Shown here piece after piece: positions 1 to 9,658 of a DNA stretch of 64,000 bases. A program made the position numbers and the translations under genes. The DNA lies in the NCBI GenBank assembly GCA_016195025.1, contig JACQAL010000042.1, positions 16,925 to 80,924 on the forward strand, written 5' to 3'. The first letter of the stretch is position 1, and every line of letters begins with the position of its first letter. The stretch is from Bacteroidota bacterium (GTDB lineage: Bacteria > Bacteroidota > Bacteroidia > Palsa-948). Below the pieces are notes generated by a model. That model had not been told where the DNA came from, made no database searches, and was given only the letters and a program-made list of their open reading frames with translations.

Positions 1-182
1 TCTCCGGGAAGAAAAAAACCAACCATCAAACCTGTTTCTGCAAAGATGACAAAGACAAGCAGTGCAATTCCTCCATAGCGAATTATGGATTCAGGATTGG
101 TAAGCTCTTTAATAAATTCCCAAGTGTCATGCATAAAATAGTTTGCCCCCCGCCCTAAAGGGAGCTAATGTTATTTCACCCT

Positions 183-1403
183 TTAGGGTTGGGGCAACTC
201 ATTCTCCCATTTCGCAACCACAACAGTTGCCAGACAATTTCCTGTTACGTTAATTGCAGTGCGCGCCATGTCCATTAAAACATCCACTCCAAGAATCGCA
301 AATGCTTTTTCCGCAGGAAGTCCAAGTGATGAGACAGTACTCACTAATATAAGGAAAGAAGCGCCTCGAACTCCTGCCACTCCTTTGCTCGTGAGCATCA
401 GCACGAGGCACATATAAATTTGCTGTCCGATGGTGAGTTCTATTCCGCACGCCTGCGCTATGAAAACGGAAGCGAGGGAAAGATAAAGTGTGCTCCCATC
501 TAAATTGAAACTATATCCTGTAGGAAGAACGAACGCAACAATCTTGTTCGGAATTTTCATCACGTCTTCCATATTCTCAAATGCTTTAGGCAGCGCGGCT
601 TCAGAACTTGCAGTGGCGAATGCAATCGTTACAGGTTCAGTAACTGCTTTGATAAAAAGTTTGAACGGAAGTTTTATCATGAATCCTATCGGAACAAAAA
701 CCAAAAGAACAAAGGCAATGTGCGCTCCATACAGCGTAATCACCAGCATAAATAAATCTTTCAGCACGCCAAGTCCCAATGTAGAAACCGTGTATGCCAT
801 CGCTCCGCCTACTGCAAATGGTGCAAAGCGCATCACCACATCCGTGAACTTGAACATGACTTCACTCAGCGATTCACAGAACGAGAGCATTGTTTTACGC
901 TGTTCAGGTTTTGTAACGAGCGAAAGCCCGATGGCAAACAGCACGCTGAAGATCACCACCTGCAAAACATTTCCTTCCACCACCGCTTTGGCAATGTTCT
1001 CCGGAAAAATTTCGAGAATGACATTGTGCTCTTTCTTTTGCTCTATGAGTTTTTCCGCTTTCTGAATTTGCGCTTCGTTCGCAGAGAGCGATGCGCCTGT
1101 GCCGATGTGCGTGAGGTTGATAGTAATTAATCCAACAGCCAGCGCCAGCGTAGTAACAATCTCAAAATAGAGAATTGCTTTCAATCCCATTCTTCCAACC
1201 TGTTTTAAGTTGGAATGCCCTGCGATTCCCACAACCAGTGTTCCGAAAATCAGCGGAGCAATAATGGTTTTAATCAGGCGGAGAAAAATATCGCTGAGGA
1301 TTTTCAAATTATTTCCTGCGTCTTTCCAGAAATAACCGATGGCAACGCCAATCAGCATTCCAAGAAAAATCTGCGCGACTAAATTGAATTTGAATTTCAT
1401 CAA
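183..1403 (-). CDS. dicarboxylate/amino acid:cation symporter (DAACS family, GltP/DctA-like)
   Basis: 406 aa, multi-TM protein with the characteristic DAACS hairpin-loop regions (..SSEAALP.., ..NLDGSTLY..). The last codons (ELPQP) are encoded by a copy of the CCCTTTAGGGTTGGGGCAA repeat. Confidence 0.85.
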   Translation of the reverse strand: MMKFKFNLVAQIFLGMLIGVAIGYFWKDAGNNLKILSDIFLRLIKTIIAPLIFGTLVVGIAGHSNLKQVGRMGLKAILYFEIVTTLALAVGLITINLTHIGTGASLSANEAQIQKAEKLIEQKKEHNVILEIFPENIAKAVVEGNVLQVVIFSVLFAIGLSLVTKPEQRKTMLSFCESLSEVMFKFTDVVMRFAPFAVGGAMAYTVSTLGLGVLKDLFMLVITLYGAHIAFVLLVFVPIGFMIKLPFKLFIKAVTEPVTIAFATASSEAALPKAFENMEDVMKIPNKIVAFVLPTGYSFNLDGSTLYLSLASVFIAQACGIELTIGQQIYMCLVLMLTSKGVAGVRGASFLILVSTVSSLGLPAEKAFAILGVDVLMDMARTAINVTGNCLATVVVAKWENELPQP

Positions 1404-1435
1404 AACAAAAGTAAGATTATTTAGAAGGAGAGAAA

Positions 1436-2848
1436 TTATATCAGCCGAATCACTAAGTCAGGGAAAATTCCAAGTGCGAGTGCGAGAACAATTGTAATGA
1501 CGAGCAGAATTTTTGGGAGAAGAGAAACTTCTATAGAAGAAGTGTCTGAAGATTCTTTCAGGTACATTGAAATAATAACGCGGAAATAATAATAAACGCC
1601 AATCAACGAGCCAAGCACTGCAATCAGAACTAACCAAACATATCCGCTTGTTAAAGCAGAAGTGAAAATGTAATACTTCCCAAAAAATCCTGCCAGCGGA
1701 GGAATTCCTGAAAGAGATAACATGGCAATACACATTGCCAAAGCAGCAAGAGGATTTCGTTTTGCTAATCCTGAAAGAGAATCAAATGCAATGGTTGATG
1801 GTTGATGGTTGATGGTTGATGTATTTTCAAGGATGGTGAGAACTGCAAACGCTCCGATAGTGGAAACAGAATATGCGGCAGCATAAAATAAAATTGAACC
1901 TGCTGAATTAGTATTCATCGCGATAATTGCCAATAGCATATATCCCGCATGCGAAATGCTGGAATAGGCGAGCATTCGTTTTACATTTGATTGATAAACG
2001 GCTGTGATATTTCCGAGAAGAATTGTTGCAGCAGACATTATCCAGATAATATTCGTCCATGTTTGCCCGACTCCAGCAAAACAAATGAACAAACGCAGGA
2101 ATGCGGCAAACGCTGCCGTCTTTACAATGCTTGACATAAAGGCGGTTACTTGCGTTGGCGCTCCTGTATATACATCAGGTGCCCAGAAATGAAACGGCAC
2201 TGCCGAAATTTTGAATGACATTCCAATGAGCATGAAAAGAATTCCTCCCGATAATAAAACCCATTGTGCATCGCTCGGCCGTGCCTGCGATGGCATGGGA
2301 GGATTGAGATAAGTTTGAATGGTGTGAATATTGAAAGTCCCGAAGCAACCATAGAGCAGTGCAATTCCGAAAAGTAAAAATCCTGTAGCGAATGCACCCA
2401 TTAAAAAATATTTCAGTGCGGATTCATTTGACGCCAAATCGTCTTTGCGGCTTCCTGCCAGAACGTAAAGTGGTATGGAAAGAATTTCTATTCCGAGGAA
2501 AAGCATCACCATGTTAGAATAAGAAACTAAAATCACCGCTCCGCATAAAGCAAAAAGAACTAATGCAAAATGATCGGTGCGGCTGGTTTCTTCGCGGAAG
2601 AAATTTCCGGACATCATGAACCATAAAAAAGCAGTTCCAATAATAACACAGGAAAATAACAGCGCATAATTATTAAAAGTGAGCATGTCGCTGTAATAAT
2701 GAATATCGGTGTTCCAGTCTTTAACAACACATGCAATCGCTCCTAATAATCCAACCAATACAATCGGAAGCAGAAACTTTTTAAAGCGGAACATTTCCGC
2801 AAGCATTGCGATTACACCCAAACCGGAGAGTATGTACAAAATCTTCAT
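1436..2848 (-). CDS. nuoN: NADH-quinone oxidoreductase subunit N
   Basis: 470 aa polytopic antiporter-like subunit. Position at the end of nuoH-N, overlapping nuoM by 4 nt. Contains an in-frame (GGTTGAT)4 tandem heptamer encoding INHQPSTINHQPST. Confidence 0.93.
   Translation of the reverse strand: MKILYILSGLGVIAMLAEMFRFKKFLLPIVLVGLLGAIACVVKDWNTDIHYYSDMLTFNNYALLFSCVIIGTAFLWFMMSGNFFREETSRTDHFALVLFALCGAVILVSYSNMVMLFLGIEILSIPLYVLAGSRKDDLASNESALKYFLMGAFATGFLLFGIALLYGCFGTFNIHTIQTYLNPPMPSQARPSDAQWVLLSGGILFMLIGMSFKISAVPFHFWAPDVYTGAPTQVTAFMSSIVKTAAFAAFLRLFICFAGVGQTWTNIIWIMSAATILLGNITAVYQSNVKRMLAYSSISHAGYMLLAIIAMNTNSAGSILFYAAAYSVSTIGAFAVLTILENTSTINHQPSTIAFDSLSGLAKRNPLAALAMCIAMLSLSGIPPLAGFFGKYYIFTSALTSGYVWLVLIAVLGSLIGVYYYFRVIISMYLKESSDTSSIEVSLLPKILLVITIVLALALGIFPDLVIRLI
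1791..1821. repeat. (GGTTGAT)4 tandem heptamer inside nuoN
   Basis: Directly visible. The complementary (ATCAACC)n tract also occurs in frame at 43088-43117 in the prolyl oligopeptidase gene. Both encode (S)TINH(Q/P)PST. Confidence 0.9.
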
Positions 2849-4338
2849 AGTTGTTCCATCGGTTGAATTAATTCTGTAATGCGCGCCACGGCAGGTTCGG
2901 CAATGTCAAGCAATGGTTTCGGATAAACTCCCATCGCTATGATGAGAATCACAATTGTTCCAAAAACTATTTTTTCACTCGCAGATAAATCTGTGAAAGT
3001 TGAAGTGAGAGAATTTGTTTCTCCGAGCATCGTGCGTTGATAACTCCTCAGCATGTACACTGCTCCGAGAATTACAGTGAGTCCTGCGAATGCGGCAAAC
3101 CACGCGTTGTATTGATATATTCCGTTGAGCAAAAGAAATTCTCCCACAAATCCGTTTGTGATTGGAAGTGCAACGCTTCCGAGCATTACAATCATAAATC
3201 CCGTGGCAAATCGCGGAGCGATGTTTCTGATTCCTCCGAGTTGTGAAATCTCATTTGTCTTCGTACGGTTGAATAAAATATCTGCGACAAAAAATAATCC
3301 TACCACATTTATTCCGTGCGCAAGCATTTGCATGATTCCGCCTTGAATTCCCTGTGCGGTGAGAGAAAATATTCCGGCAGAAATTAATCCCACGTGAGCG
3401 ATTGACGAATACGCAATCAATCGCTTGAAATCTTTTTGCTGAATGGCAATGATTGATGCATAAAGAATTCCGATGATGGAAAGAATCATTGCCGTGTTTC
3501 CCCAGTGTTGAACTCCATTCGGAACAAGCGGCAGCAGCCAGCGAATCAATCCGTACGTTCCCATCTTCAGCATGATTCCGGAAAGCAACATTGTCCCTTG
3601 TGTTGGAGCAACAACATACGTATCGGGCTGCCATGTGTGAAAAGGAAACACGGGCATTTTAATTGCTAACGCGATAAACATCGCCCAAAAAATCCAGGTT
3701 TGTTCTGAGGAAGAAAGATTTGCTCCAGCAACATATAGCGCATGAATGTCAAAAGTTCTTGCAACTGCCTGCCCGCTTTCAAGAATTACATTATCTGTTT
3801 GGAGATAAACATAAATCAAACCGACAAGCATAAGTAAACTTCCTGTGAGGGTGTAAACAAAAAATTTGAAAGTGATTCGCGCGCGGTTTTCTCCTCCCCA
3901 CAATAAACAGATGAACCAGATGGGAATCAGCGCGAGTTCCCAGAAAATGTAAAATAAAAATCCGTCCTGTGCCGTGAAAACTCCCACGAGAGCTGATTGC
4001 ATTAAAAGTATCAGAGCATAAAAAACATTTTGATTTTTTATTTCTCTATTGAAAGAAGAAAAAATAATCAGCGGAACCAAAACATTTGTGAGAAGAACAA
4101 GAAGTAATGAAATTCCATCCATCGCCACTTTAAAATGAATACCGAGAGATTTTATCCAGACTAAATCCACCATCAACTGTGCGTCAGCATTGATTTTAAA
4201 TTTTGTAAATGCGTAAACAGCCAATGCTAATTGTATAACAGAAAATCCAAGCGCAACTTTCTTCACTTGTTCGGAATTAAAAATCCAAACCAGCAATGAA
4301 GCGAGCAAGGGAAATCCTATGAGTGCAGCAGTATTCAT
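2845..4338 (-). CDS. nuoM: NADH-quinone oxidoreductase subunit M
   Basis: 497 aa antiporter-like subunit with conserved HTWQPD/WLPDA-type motifs. Operon context. Confidence 0.95.
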   Translation of the reverse strand: MNTAALIGFPLLASLLVWIFNSEQVKKVALGFSVIQLALAVYAFTKFKINADAQLMVDLVWIKSLGIHFKVAMDGISLLLVLLTNVLVPLIIFSSFNREIKNQNVFYALILLMQSALVGVFTAQDGFLFYIFWELALIPIWFICLLWGGENRARITFKFFVYTLTGSLLMLVGLIYVYLQTDNVILESGQAVARTFDIHALYVAGANLSSSEQTWIFWAMFIALAIKMPVFPFHTWQPDTYVVAPTQGTMLLSGIMLKMGTYGLIRWLLPLVPNGVQHWGNTAMILSIIGILYASIIAIQQKDFKRLIAYSSIAHVGLISAGIFSLTAQGIQGGIMQMLAHGINVVGLFFVADILFNRTKTNEISQLGGIRNIAPRFATGFMIVMLGSVALPITNGFVGEFLLLNGIYQYNAWFAAFAGLTVILGAVYMLRSYQRTMLGETNSLTSTFTDLSASEKIVFGTIVILIIAMGVYPKPLLDIAEPAVARITELIQPMEQL

Positions 4339-6314
4339 ACTAATTTATACAGCAGAATTAAAATTATTCCAATCACCATCGCGAAAATATAAAAGCCGAT
4401 ATGCCCTGTTTGAATTAAGCGTGCCTGAGAACTTGTCCACGTTACTCCTTCGCCAACAAAATTTACAATCTGGTCAATAAATTTAATTTCAACGAAGCGG
4501 TGAAGTTTATCTGAGAGCCAGTCGGTGGGTTTTGTAAAAAGTTTTGCGTAGAGTTCATCCATGTAATATTTATTGTAAATCATTTTCTGAACAGGATTGA
4601 TGTGCGCAGTATCCGCAGGAGGAACATTTTTATTTTTCACGAAGAGATAATACGCGGAATAAATTGAGGCGAGCGCGGCAATCACAGCCACCGCCATCAG
4701 AATAATTTCTGTAGAATGAGAAAGTTCTTTCGGAAGCATTTTTAATTCGGAAGCAGAGAAAACAGGTTCCAGAAATTCTTTCAGGAAATGTTTTCCGCCC
4801 ATTACTTCCGGGATTCCGAAAATTCCTCCAACTACTGAAAGCACAGCAAGCACTATCAGCGGAATGGTCATTGTCTTCGGAGATTCGTGCAGGTGATGTT
4901 CCTGCTCGTGTGTTCCGCGGAATTTTCCGAAGAATGTTAAATAGAATAAACGGAACATATAGAATGCTGTCATCACCGAACCAAGCACGCCCATAAGCCA
5001 GAAAAATTTATTGTACGCAAATGCGTGACCGAGAATTTCATCCTTCGAGAAAAATCCTGAGAAGGGAAAAATGCCCGAGATGGCAATCGTTCCCATCATG
5101 AACGTAAGAAAAGTAATCCGTAAAGATTTTTTCAAACCGCCCATTTTGCGGATATCCTGCTCACCGCTCATCGCGTGAATTACACTTCCCGCTCCGAGAA
5201 ATAATAATGCTTTGAAGAATGCGTGCGTCATCACATGAAACACTGCGCCTGTGTATGCGCCAACTCCTAATCCTAAAAACATATATCCGAGTTGGCTCAC
5301 GGTAGAGTAGGCGAGAACTTTTTTAATGTCATTCTGAAATAATCCGATTGTTGCGGCAAAAATTCCAGTGAACAATCCAACGCCAGCAACAATATCCATC
5401 GAAATGGGTGCGAGCGTGTATAAAATATTTGAGCGTGCAATCATGTAAATGCCTGCTGTCACCATTGTTGCTGCGTGGATAAGCGCGGAAACAGGAGTGG
5501 GGCCCGCCATCGCATCGGGAAGCCATGTATATAAAGGTATCTGCGCGCTTTTTCCTGTGGCGCCAACAAAAAGCAAAAGTGTAATTGTAATCATCACCGC
5601 CTGGTTGGAGGGAAAAGAACCTGCCGTGTCAAATACTTCAGAATATTTTATGCTTCCGAACGTGAGGAAAATGAGAATGATTCCGAGAATAAAACCTAAA
5701 TCGCCAACGCGGTTCATGATGAATGCTTTGTTCGCGGCTTTGTTGTATTCCGTGTTCTTGAACCAGAATCCAATTAATAAATACGAACAAAGTCCAACTC
5801 CTTCCCATCCGACAAACATTACGAGATAATTATCTCCCAGCACCAGCAGAAGCATGAAGAAGATGAAAAGATTCAGGTGAGAAAAAAATCTGCTGAACGC
5901 AGGATCATCGTGCATGTAGCCGATAGAGTAAACGTGAATGAGAAATCCTACTCCTGTGATGATGAGAAGAAAAATTACCGAAAGAGGGTCGATGAGAAAA
6001 GAAAAATCAGCATTGAAGTTTCCCGCGTGAATCCAGTTGAAAAGATGAACGGTATAAGATGGATTTCCTTTTCCGACCTGAAAAATTTCTCCGACCGCTT
6101 CATCTCCGAATAACTGCCCGAACATTCCGCAGGACATAATAAAACCAATTCCAACAGTTGCGCATGCAATAAGCCCCGCCAATCCTTTGCTCATTTTTTT
6201 TCTCCGATGGAATACGGAGTCCGTAACTTCGTTCGGACCGAAAAAGCCAATGAGTAAAAACCCGATGAGCGGAAGAAGCGGTACGAGCCAGCTGTAATTT
6301 ATTGCTTCAATCAT
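4335..6314 (-). CDS. nuoL: NADH-quinone oxidoreductase subunit L
   Basis: 659 aa, antiporter-like with long C-terminal amphipathic extension. Overlaps nuoM by 4 nt. The N-terminal loop carries a ~40-nt in-frame copy of the dispersed TCCGATGGAATACGG..GTTCGGA repeat. Confidence 0.95.
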   Translation of the reverse strand: MIEAINYSWLVPLLPLIGFLLIGFFGPNEVTDSVFHRRKKMSKGLAGLIACATVGIGFIMSCGMFGQLFGDEAVGEIFQVGKGNPSYTVHLFNWIHAGNFNADFSFLIDPLSVIFLLIITGVGFLIHVYSIGYMHDDPAFSRFFSHLNLFIFFMLLLVLGDNYLVMFVGWEGVGLCSYLLIGFWFKNTEYNKAANKAFIMNRVGDLGFILGIILIFLTFGSIKYSEVFDTAGSFPSNQAVMITITLLLFVGATGKSAQIPLYTWLPDAMAGPTPVSALIHAATMVTAGIYMIARSNILYTLAPISMDIVAGVGLFTGIFAATIGLFQNDIKKVLAYSTVSQLGYMFLGLGVGAYTGAVFHVMTHAFFKALLFLGAGSVIHAMSGEQDIRKMGGLKKSLRITFLTFMMGTIAISGIFPFSGFFSKDEILGHAFAYNKFFWLMGVLGSVMTAFYMFRLFYLTFFGKFRGTHEQEHHLHESPKTMTIPLIVLAVLSVVGGIFGIPEVMGGKHFLKEFLEPVFSASELKMLPKELSHSTEIILMAVAVIAALASIYSAYYLFVKNKNVPPADTAHINPVQKMIYNKYYMDELYAKLFTKPTDWLSDKLHRFVEIKFIDQIVNFVGEGVTWTSSQARLIQTGHIGFYIFAMVIGIILILLYKLV

Positions 6315-6402
6315 ATTCTAACAACAGATTCAACGGATGAAGACGGATTCAAACGGATGTTATCTGTCTGCATCTTTTTTATCCGTATGAATCTGCATTT
6401 AA

Positions 6403-6720
6403 TCAGTTCTTCAATTTATTCAACACATCAATATCGGTTGAGCCGGTATTTCTGTAAATCATTATCAATATCGCCAAGCCAACTGCGACTTCCGCAGCGG
6501 CAACGACCATTACAAAAAACACAAAGACCTGTCCTGCAGCATCACCCCAGTAAGAAGAAAACGCAACGAGCAAAAGATTTACCGCGTTCAGCATTAATTC
6601 AACCGACATAAAAATAATTATTGCGTTCCTGCGGAACAAAACACCAAGTACACCAATGCAAAACAACACTGTGCTCAGCAGGATGTAATGATTGATGTGT
6701 ATGTTTTGTATCGTGTTCAT
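6403..6720 (-). CDS. nuoK: NADH-quinone oxidoreductase subunit K
   Basis: 105 aa, 3-TM protein. Operon position between nuoJ and nuoL. Confidence 0.93.
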   Translation of the reverse strand: MNTIQNIHINHYILLSTVLFCIGVLGVLFRRNAIIIFMSVELMLNAVNLLLVAFSSYWGDAAGQVFVFFVMVVAAAEVAVGLAILIMIYRNTGSTDIDVLNKLKN

Positions 6721-7217
6721 TTAATATCGCGTTTACCCAGCATCACCGCTCCAACCATTGCCGCTAAAAATAAAATGGAAGCGATTTCAAACGGAAGAAG
6801 GAATTGTTTGAATAAAACTTTTCCAAGATTTTTTACAAGACCAATATCTGCGATAGCAGAATGAGGAGGAGCCGGAAGTGCGTTTGTAGTTCTCATGGCT
6901 CCGATTAAAACGATGAGAAGTATTCCGGCAGAAATCACAGCAGCAAATTTCCATGCAATACTTTTATGCGGCTCGGTTTCTTTGTTCAGATTCAAAAGCA
7001 TGATGACGAATAAAAACAAAACCATAATTGCCCCGGCATAAACTATGATGTGAACTGCTGCAAGGAATTGAGCGTTCAATAAAATGTAATGCCCTGCAAT
7101 AGCGAAGAAAGTAATGACGAGATAAAGTACACTGTGAATCGGATTCTTTTCGAGAATGACCATCAGGCCGCATAGAATCGCGAGGAAGGAGAGAAAGTAA
7201 AAAAGATAAACAGTCAT
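6717..7217 (-). CDS. nuoJ: NADH-quinone oxidoreductase subunit J
   Basis: 166 aa membrane subunit. Overlaps nuoK by 4 nt. Confidence 0.9.
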   Translation of the reverse strand: MTVYLFYFLSFLAILCGLMVILEKNPIHSVLYLVITFFAIAGHYILLNAQFLAAVHIIVYAGAIMVLFLFVIMLLNLNKETEPHKSIAWKFAAVISAGILLIVLIGAMRTTNALPAPPHSAIADIGLVKNLGKVLFKQFLLPFEIASILFLAAMVGAVMLGKRDIK

Positions 7218-7235
7218 ATTCTATTCAACTCGAAA

Positions 7236-7817
7236 TTATTTTAATCTGTTGTGCTGAAGTTCTTTATTATTTTTGAATTCCAAAACTTCTTTTGTCTGTC
7301 TTTTCGAAATATCCACGCGTTTGTTTTCTTCAACTCCTTCTACCAGCAAATCTTTTCCGTACACGAATTTTTCACGCAAAGAATCGGAAGGAACAATTCT
7401 GTCCGTAAGAAAAATGGCTTCCTTGGGGCAGGCATCTTCGCAGTCACCGCAAAAAATGCAGCGGAGCATATTTATTTCATAAACACTTGCATATTTTTCT
7501 TCGCGGAATAATTTTTCTTCTCCGGGTTTTCTTTCCGCGGAAGTCATCGTGATTGCTTCGGCAGGACAGGCAACTGCGCATAACCCGCAGGCAGTACATC
7601 TCTCAGCTCCGTTCTCATCGCGTTTCAAAACATGCATTCCTCTATAGACAGGAGCAAATTCTCTTTTTACTTCAGGATATTTTATCGTTGCTTTTTTTCT
7701 GAAGAAGTGTTTTATAGTAATTAGCATGCCGTTGAGAATGGCAGGGAGATATGCTCTTTCAATCAGAGTCATTTCCTTATTTGAAACCTGTTTGCTTCTA
7801 TTTGTCAGTGATTGCAT
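7236..7817 (-). CDS. nuoI: NADH-quinone oxidoreductase subunit I (2x[4Fe-4S] ferredoxin)
   Basis: Two CxxCxxCxxxCP motifs (CTACGLCAVACP, CIFCGDCEDACP). Confidence 0.95.
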   Translation of the reverse strand: MQSLTNRSKQVSNKEMTLIERAYLPAILNGMLITIKHFFRKKATIKYPEVKREFAPVYRGMHVLKRDENGAERCTACGLCAVACPAEAITMTSAERKPGEEKLFREEKYASVYEINMLRCIFCGDCEDACPKEAIFLTDRIVPSDSLREKFVYGKDLLVEGVEENKRVDISKRQTKEVLEFKNNKELQHNRLK

Positions 7818-7821
7818 TTCG

Positions 7822-8853
7822 TTAATTTATTTTTCCAGTCAGCCACATTACAATTCCTGTTATCGCGATATTCAAAATTGCCAGCGGAATCAATCCTTTC
7901 CATCCGAGATTCATCAGTTGGTCATAGCGGAAACGCGGAAGCGTCCAGCGAACCCACATAAATAAAAAGATGAAGAAAAATATTTTCGAGAAAAGAAAAA
8001 ATGTTCCGAGAAGTACGAGCGTATTTGGCTCGTGAATAAATCTTCCGATGAAAGGCATATTGAATCCGCCAAAATAAAGTGTTGCGATTATCGCGGAAGA
8101 AATAAACATGTTGATGTATTCCGCAAAAAGATAAAAACCAAGTTTCATCGAAGAATATTCGGTGTGATAACCTCCAACCAATTCGGTTTCGCATTCTGGT
8201 AAATCGAAGGGTGCGCGGTTGGTTTCCGCAAATGCACAAATGATAAAAATTAAAAATCCGAGCGGCTGGTAAATAATATTCCAATGGCCTCCGTGCTGTT
8301 GCGCTGCGATTTCGCCAATACTCAACGTTCCTGTGGTCATGACCAATGCGATGATGGCAAGACCCATTCCAAGTTCATAAGAAATCATTTGTGAGGAAGC
8401 GCGCAATGCGCCAAGCAGCGCGAACTTATTATTGGAAGCCCATCCTCCAATCATGATTCCGTAAACTCCAACAGAAGTTACTCCAAGCAAATACAAAATT
8501 CCAATGTTTACATCCGCCACCTGTAAAGAATATTCTCCTCCGCCAATATGCAGCGAACTTCCCCATGGAATCACAGTGCCTGTCATGAGGCAAGTGAGCA
8601 TGGAAAGCGAAGGACCGAGAATGAAAAGAAATTTATTTGAAACACCGGGAATGATTTCTTCCTTCATGAACATTTTTAATCCATCGGCAACGGGTTGAAG
8701 AATTCCAAAAGGTCCCGCACGATTAGGTCCCAGCCTATCCTGCAGGAATGCGGCAATTTTTCTTTCCGCGTAAGTAGAATACATCGCTATGAAAAGCGTA
8801 ATTCCAAAGACGATTAGAACCAAAATGGATTTATATATAATTAATGACATCAT
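7822..8853 (-). CDS. nuoH: NADH-quinone oxidoreductase subunit H
   Basis: NuoH/ND1-like membrane subunit. The ORF track extends to 8895, but a start at the internal Met (MMSLIIY, ~8850-8853) removes the overlap with the upstream toxin gene. Confidence 0.9.
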   Translation of the reverse strand: MMSLIIYKSILVLIVFGITLFIAMYSTYAERKIAAFLQDRLGPNRAGPFGILQPVADGLKMFMKEEIIPGVSNKFLFILGPSLSMLTCLMTGTVIPWGSSLHIGGGEYSLQVADVNIGILYLLGVTSVGVYGIMIGGWASNNKFALLGALRASSQMISYELGMGLAIIALVMTTGTLSIGEIAAQQHGGHWNIIYQPLGFLIFIICAFAETNRAPFDLPECETELVGGYHTEYSSMKLGFYLFAEYINMFISSAIIATLYFGGFNMPFIGRFIHEPNTLVLLGTFFLFSKIFFFIFLFMWVRWTLPRFRYDQLMNLGWKGLIPLAILNIAITGIVMWLTGKIN

Positions 8854-9149
8854 TATTTCAATCTGAGTTTTTTGGGATTCTGTCTTCCATCCCAAACAGA
8901 CAATATTTCTAAAACATCCGGCTTCAATTCATAAAACAATAAATAATTTCCGCAAACTGTCACTCTAACATTGTCTTCGTCAGTTGCTCTTCCTAAGTAA
9001 TTATATTTTGCTATGTATCTCACTGTTTCTCTGAATTGTTTTGATAATTTCCTGCTATAGTTTTTATTTCCATTGTGTATAAACCAATATTCAAGAATTG
9101 AACGTCTTTCATGTTTTGCTTTGACTGACCATATTATTCGCTTAGCCAT
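8853..9149 (-). CDS. type II toxin-antitoxin system RelE/ParE-family toxin
   Basis: 98 aa. Pattern typical of RelE/ParE (..ILEYW..NG..Y..KL..F.ETV..I..YP.LG...DEDNVRV...GNYLLFYEL..DVLEILSVWDGRQNP). Overlaps the upstream small gene in classic antitoxin-toxin arrangement. Embedded between nuoG and nuoH. Confidence 0.8.
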   Translation of the reverse strand: MAKRIIWSVKAKHERRSILEYWFIHNGNKNYSRKLSKQFRETVRYIAKYNYLGRATDEDNVRVTVCGNYLLFYELKPDVLEILSVWDGRQNPKKLRLK

Positions 9150-9367
9150 TTGTCTTCGTCTTTTTCCAGTTGCTCATTCGTGATGTATTCCCCGTTTTTG
9201 ATTTGTTGTTTTCCCTTTCGAATTGCTTTGCGCTGTTCGGCAGACAACCTGTAAATATTTTTGCCAGCGCTTGAGTCAAGAATTTTCTTAATTGCTTTAA
9301 GAAATTCTTCGTCATTGATTTCAGAAATCTTATCAATGACCTGATGTTTTAATTGTGCTGTTGTCAT
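9134..9367 (-). CDS. putative addiction-module antitoxin (partner of RelE/ParE)
   Basis: 77 aa acidic/basic small protein immediately upstream of and overlapping the RelE/ParE toxin by 16 nt. ATGA overlap with the preceding gene. Confidence 0.6.
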   Translation of the reverse strand: MTTAQLKHQVIDKISEINDEEFLKAIKKILDSSAGKNIYRLSAEQRKAIRKGKQQIKNGEYITNEQLEKDEDKWLSE

Positions 9368-9657
9368 TTTTTCTTTTTTAATTTTCTAACTTCTAAATTT
9401 ATTTTTGCCCACTTAAAAGTGTGTTTAATTTTTGACTTCGGATGAATCCAATGCTTGTGATCTGGAGGTGTCCAACTTGCTCCAAATCCTCCATATGATT
9501 TTCCTCCGGCATATTTTGATTTTCCATCACTATTATTTCGCCACTGAATAAGAGTTCCATCTGTATCATAATACCAATGATGTCCTTTATGTTTCGCAAT
9601 TCCCTGGCAATTTCCTTTTCTCAAAACAAAAGCATATTTCGAATTGCATTTTCTCAT
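9364..9657 (-). CDS. hypothetical small basic protein with possible HNH/colicin-DNase-like motif
   Basis: ~97 aa, rich in K/G/H/W/Y. Contains HH..YDTDG....WTPPDHKHWIH, reminiscent of the HH..YDMDN..TPKRHIDIH core of colicin E9-type DNases (inference only). Translationally coupled between nuoG and the antitoxin. Confidence 0.4.
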   Translation of the reverse strand: MRKCNSKYAFVLRKGNCQGIAKHKGHHWYYDTDGTLIQWRNNSDGKSKYAGGKSYGGFGASWTPPDHKHWIHPKSKIKHTFKWAKINLEVRKLKKKK

Positions 9658-9658
9658 T

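Noticed and set aside
490-1065. 191-aa plus-strand ORF
   Set aside because: Antisense to the well-supported DAACS transporter. No features of a real protein.
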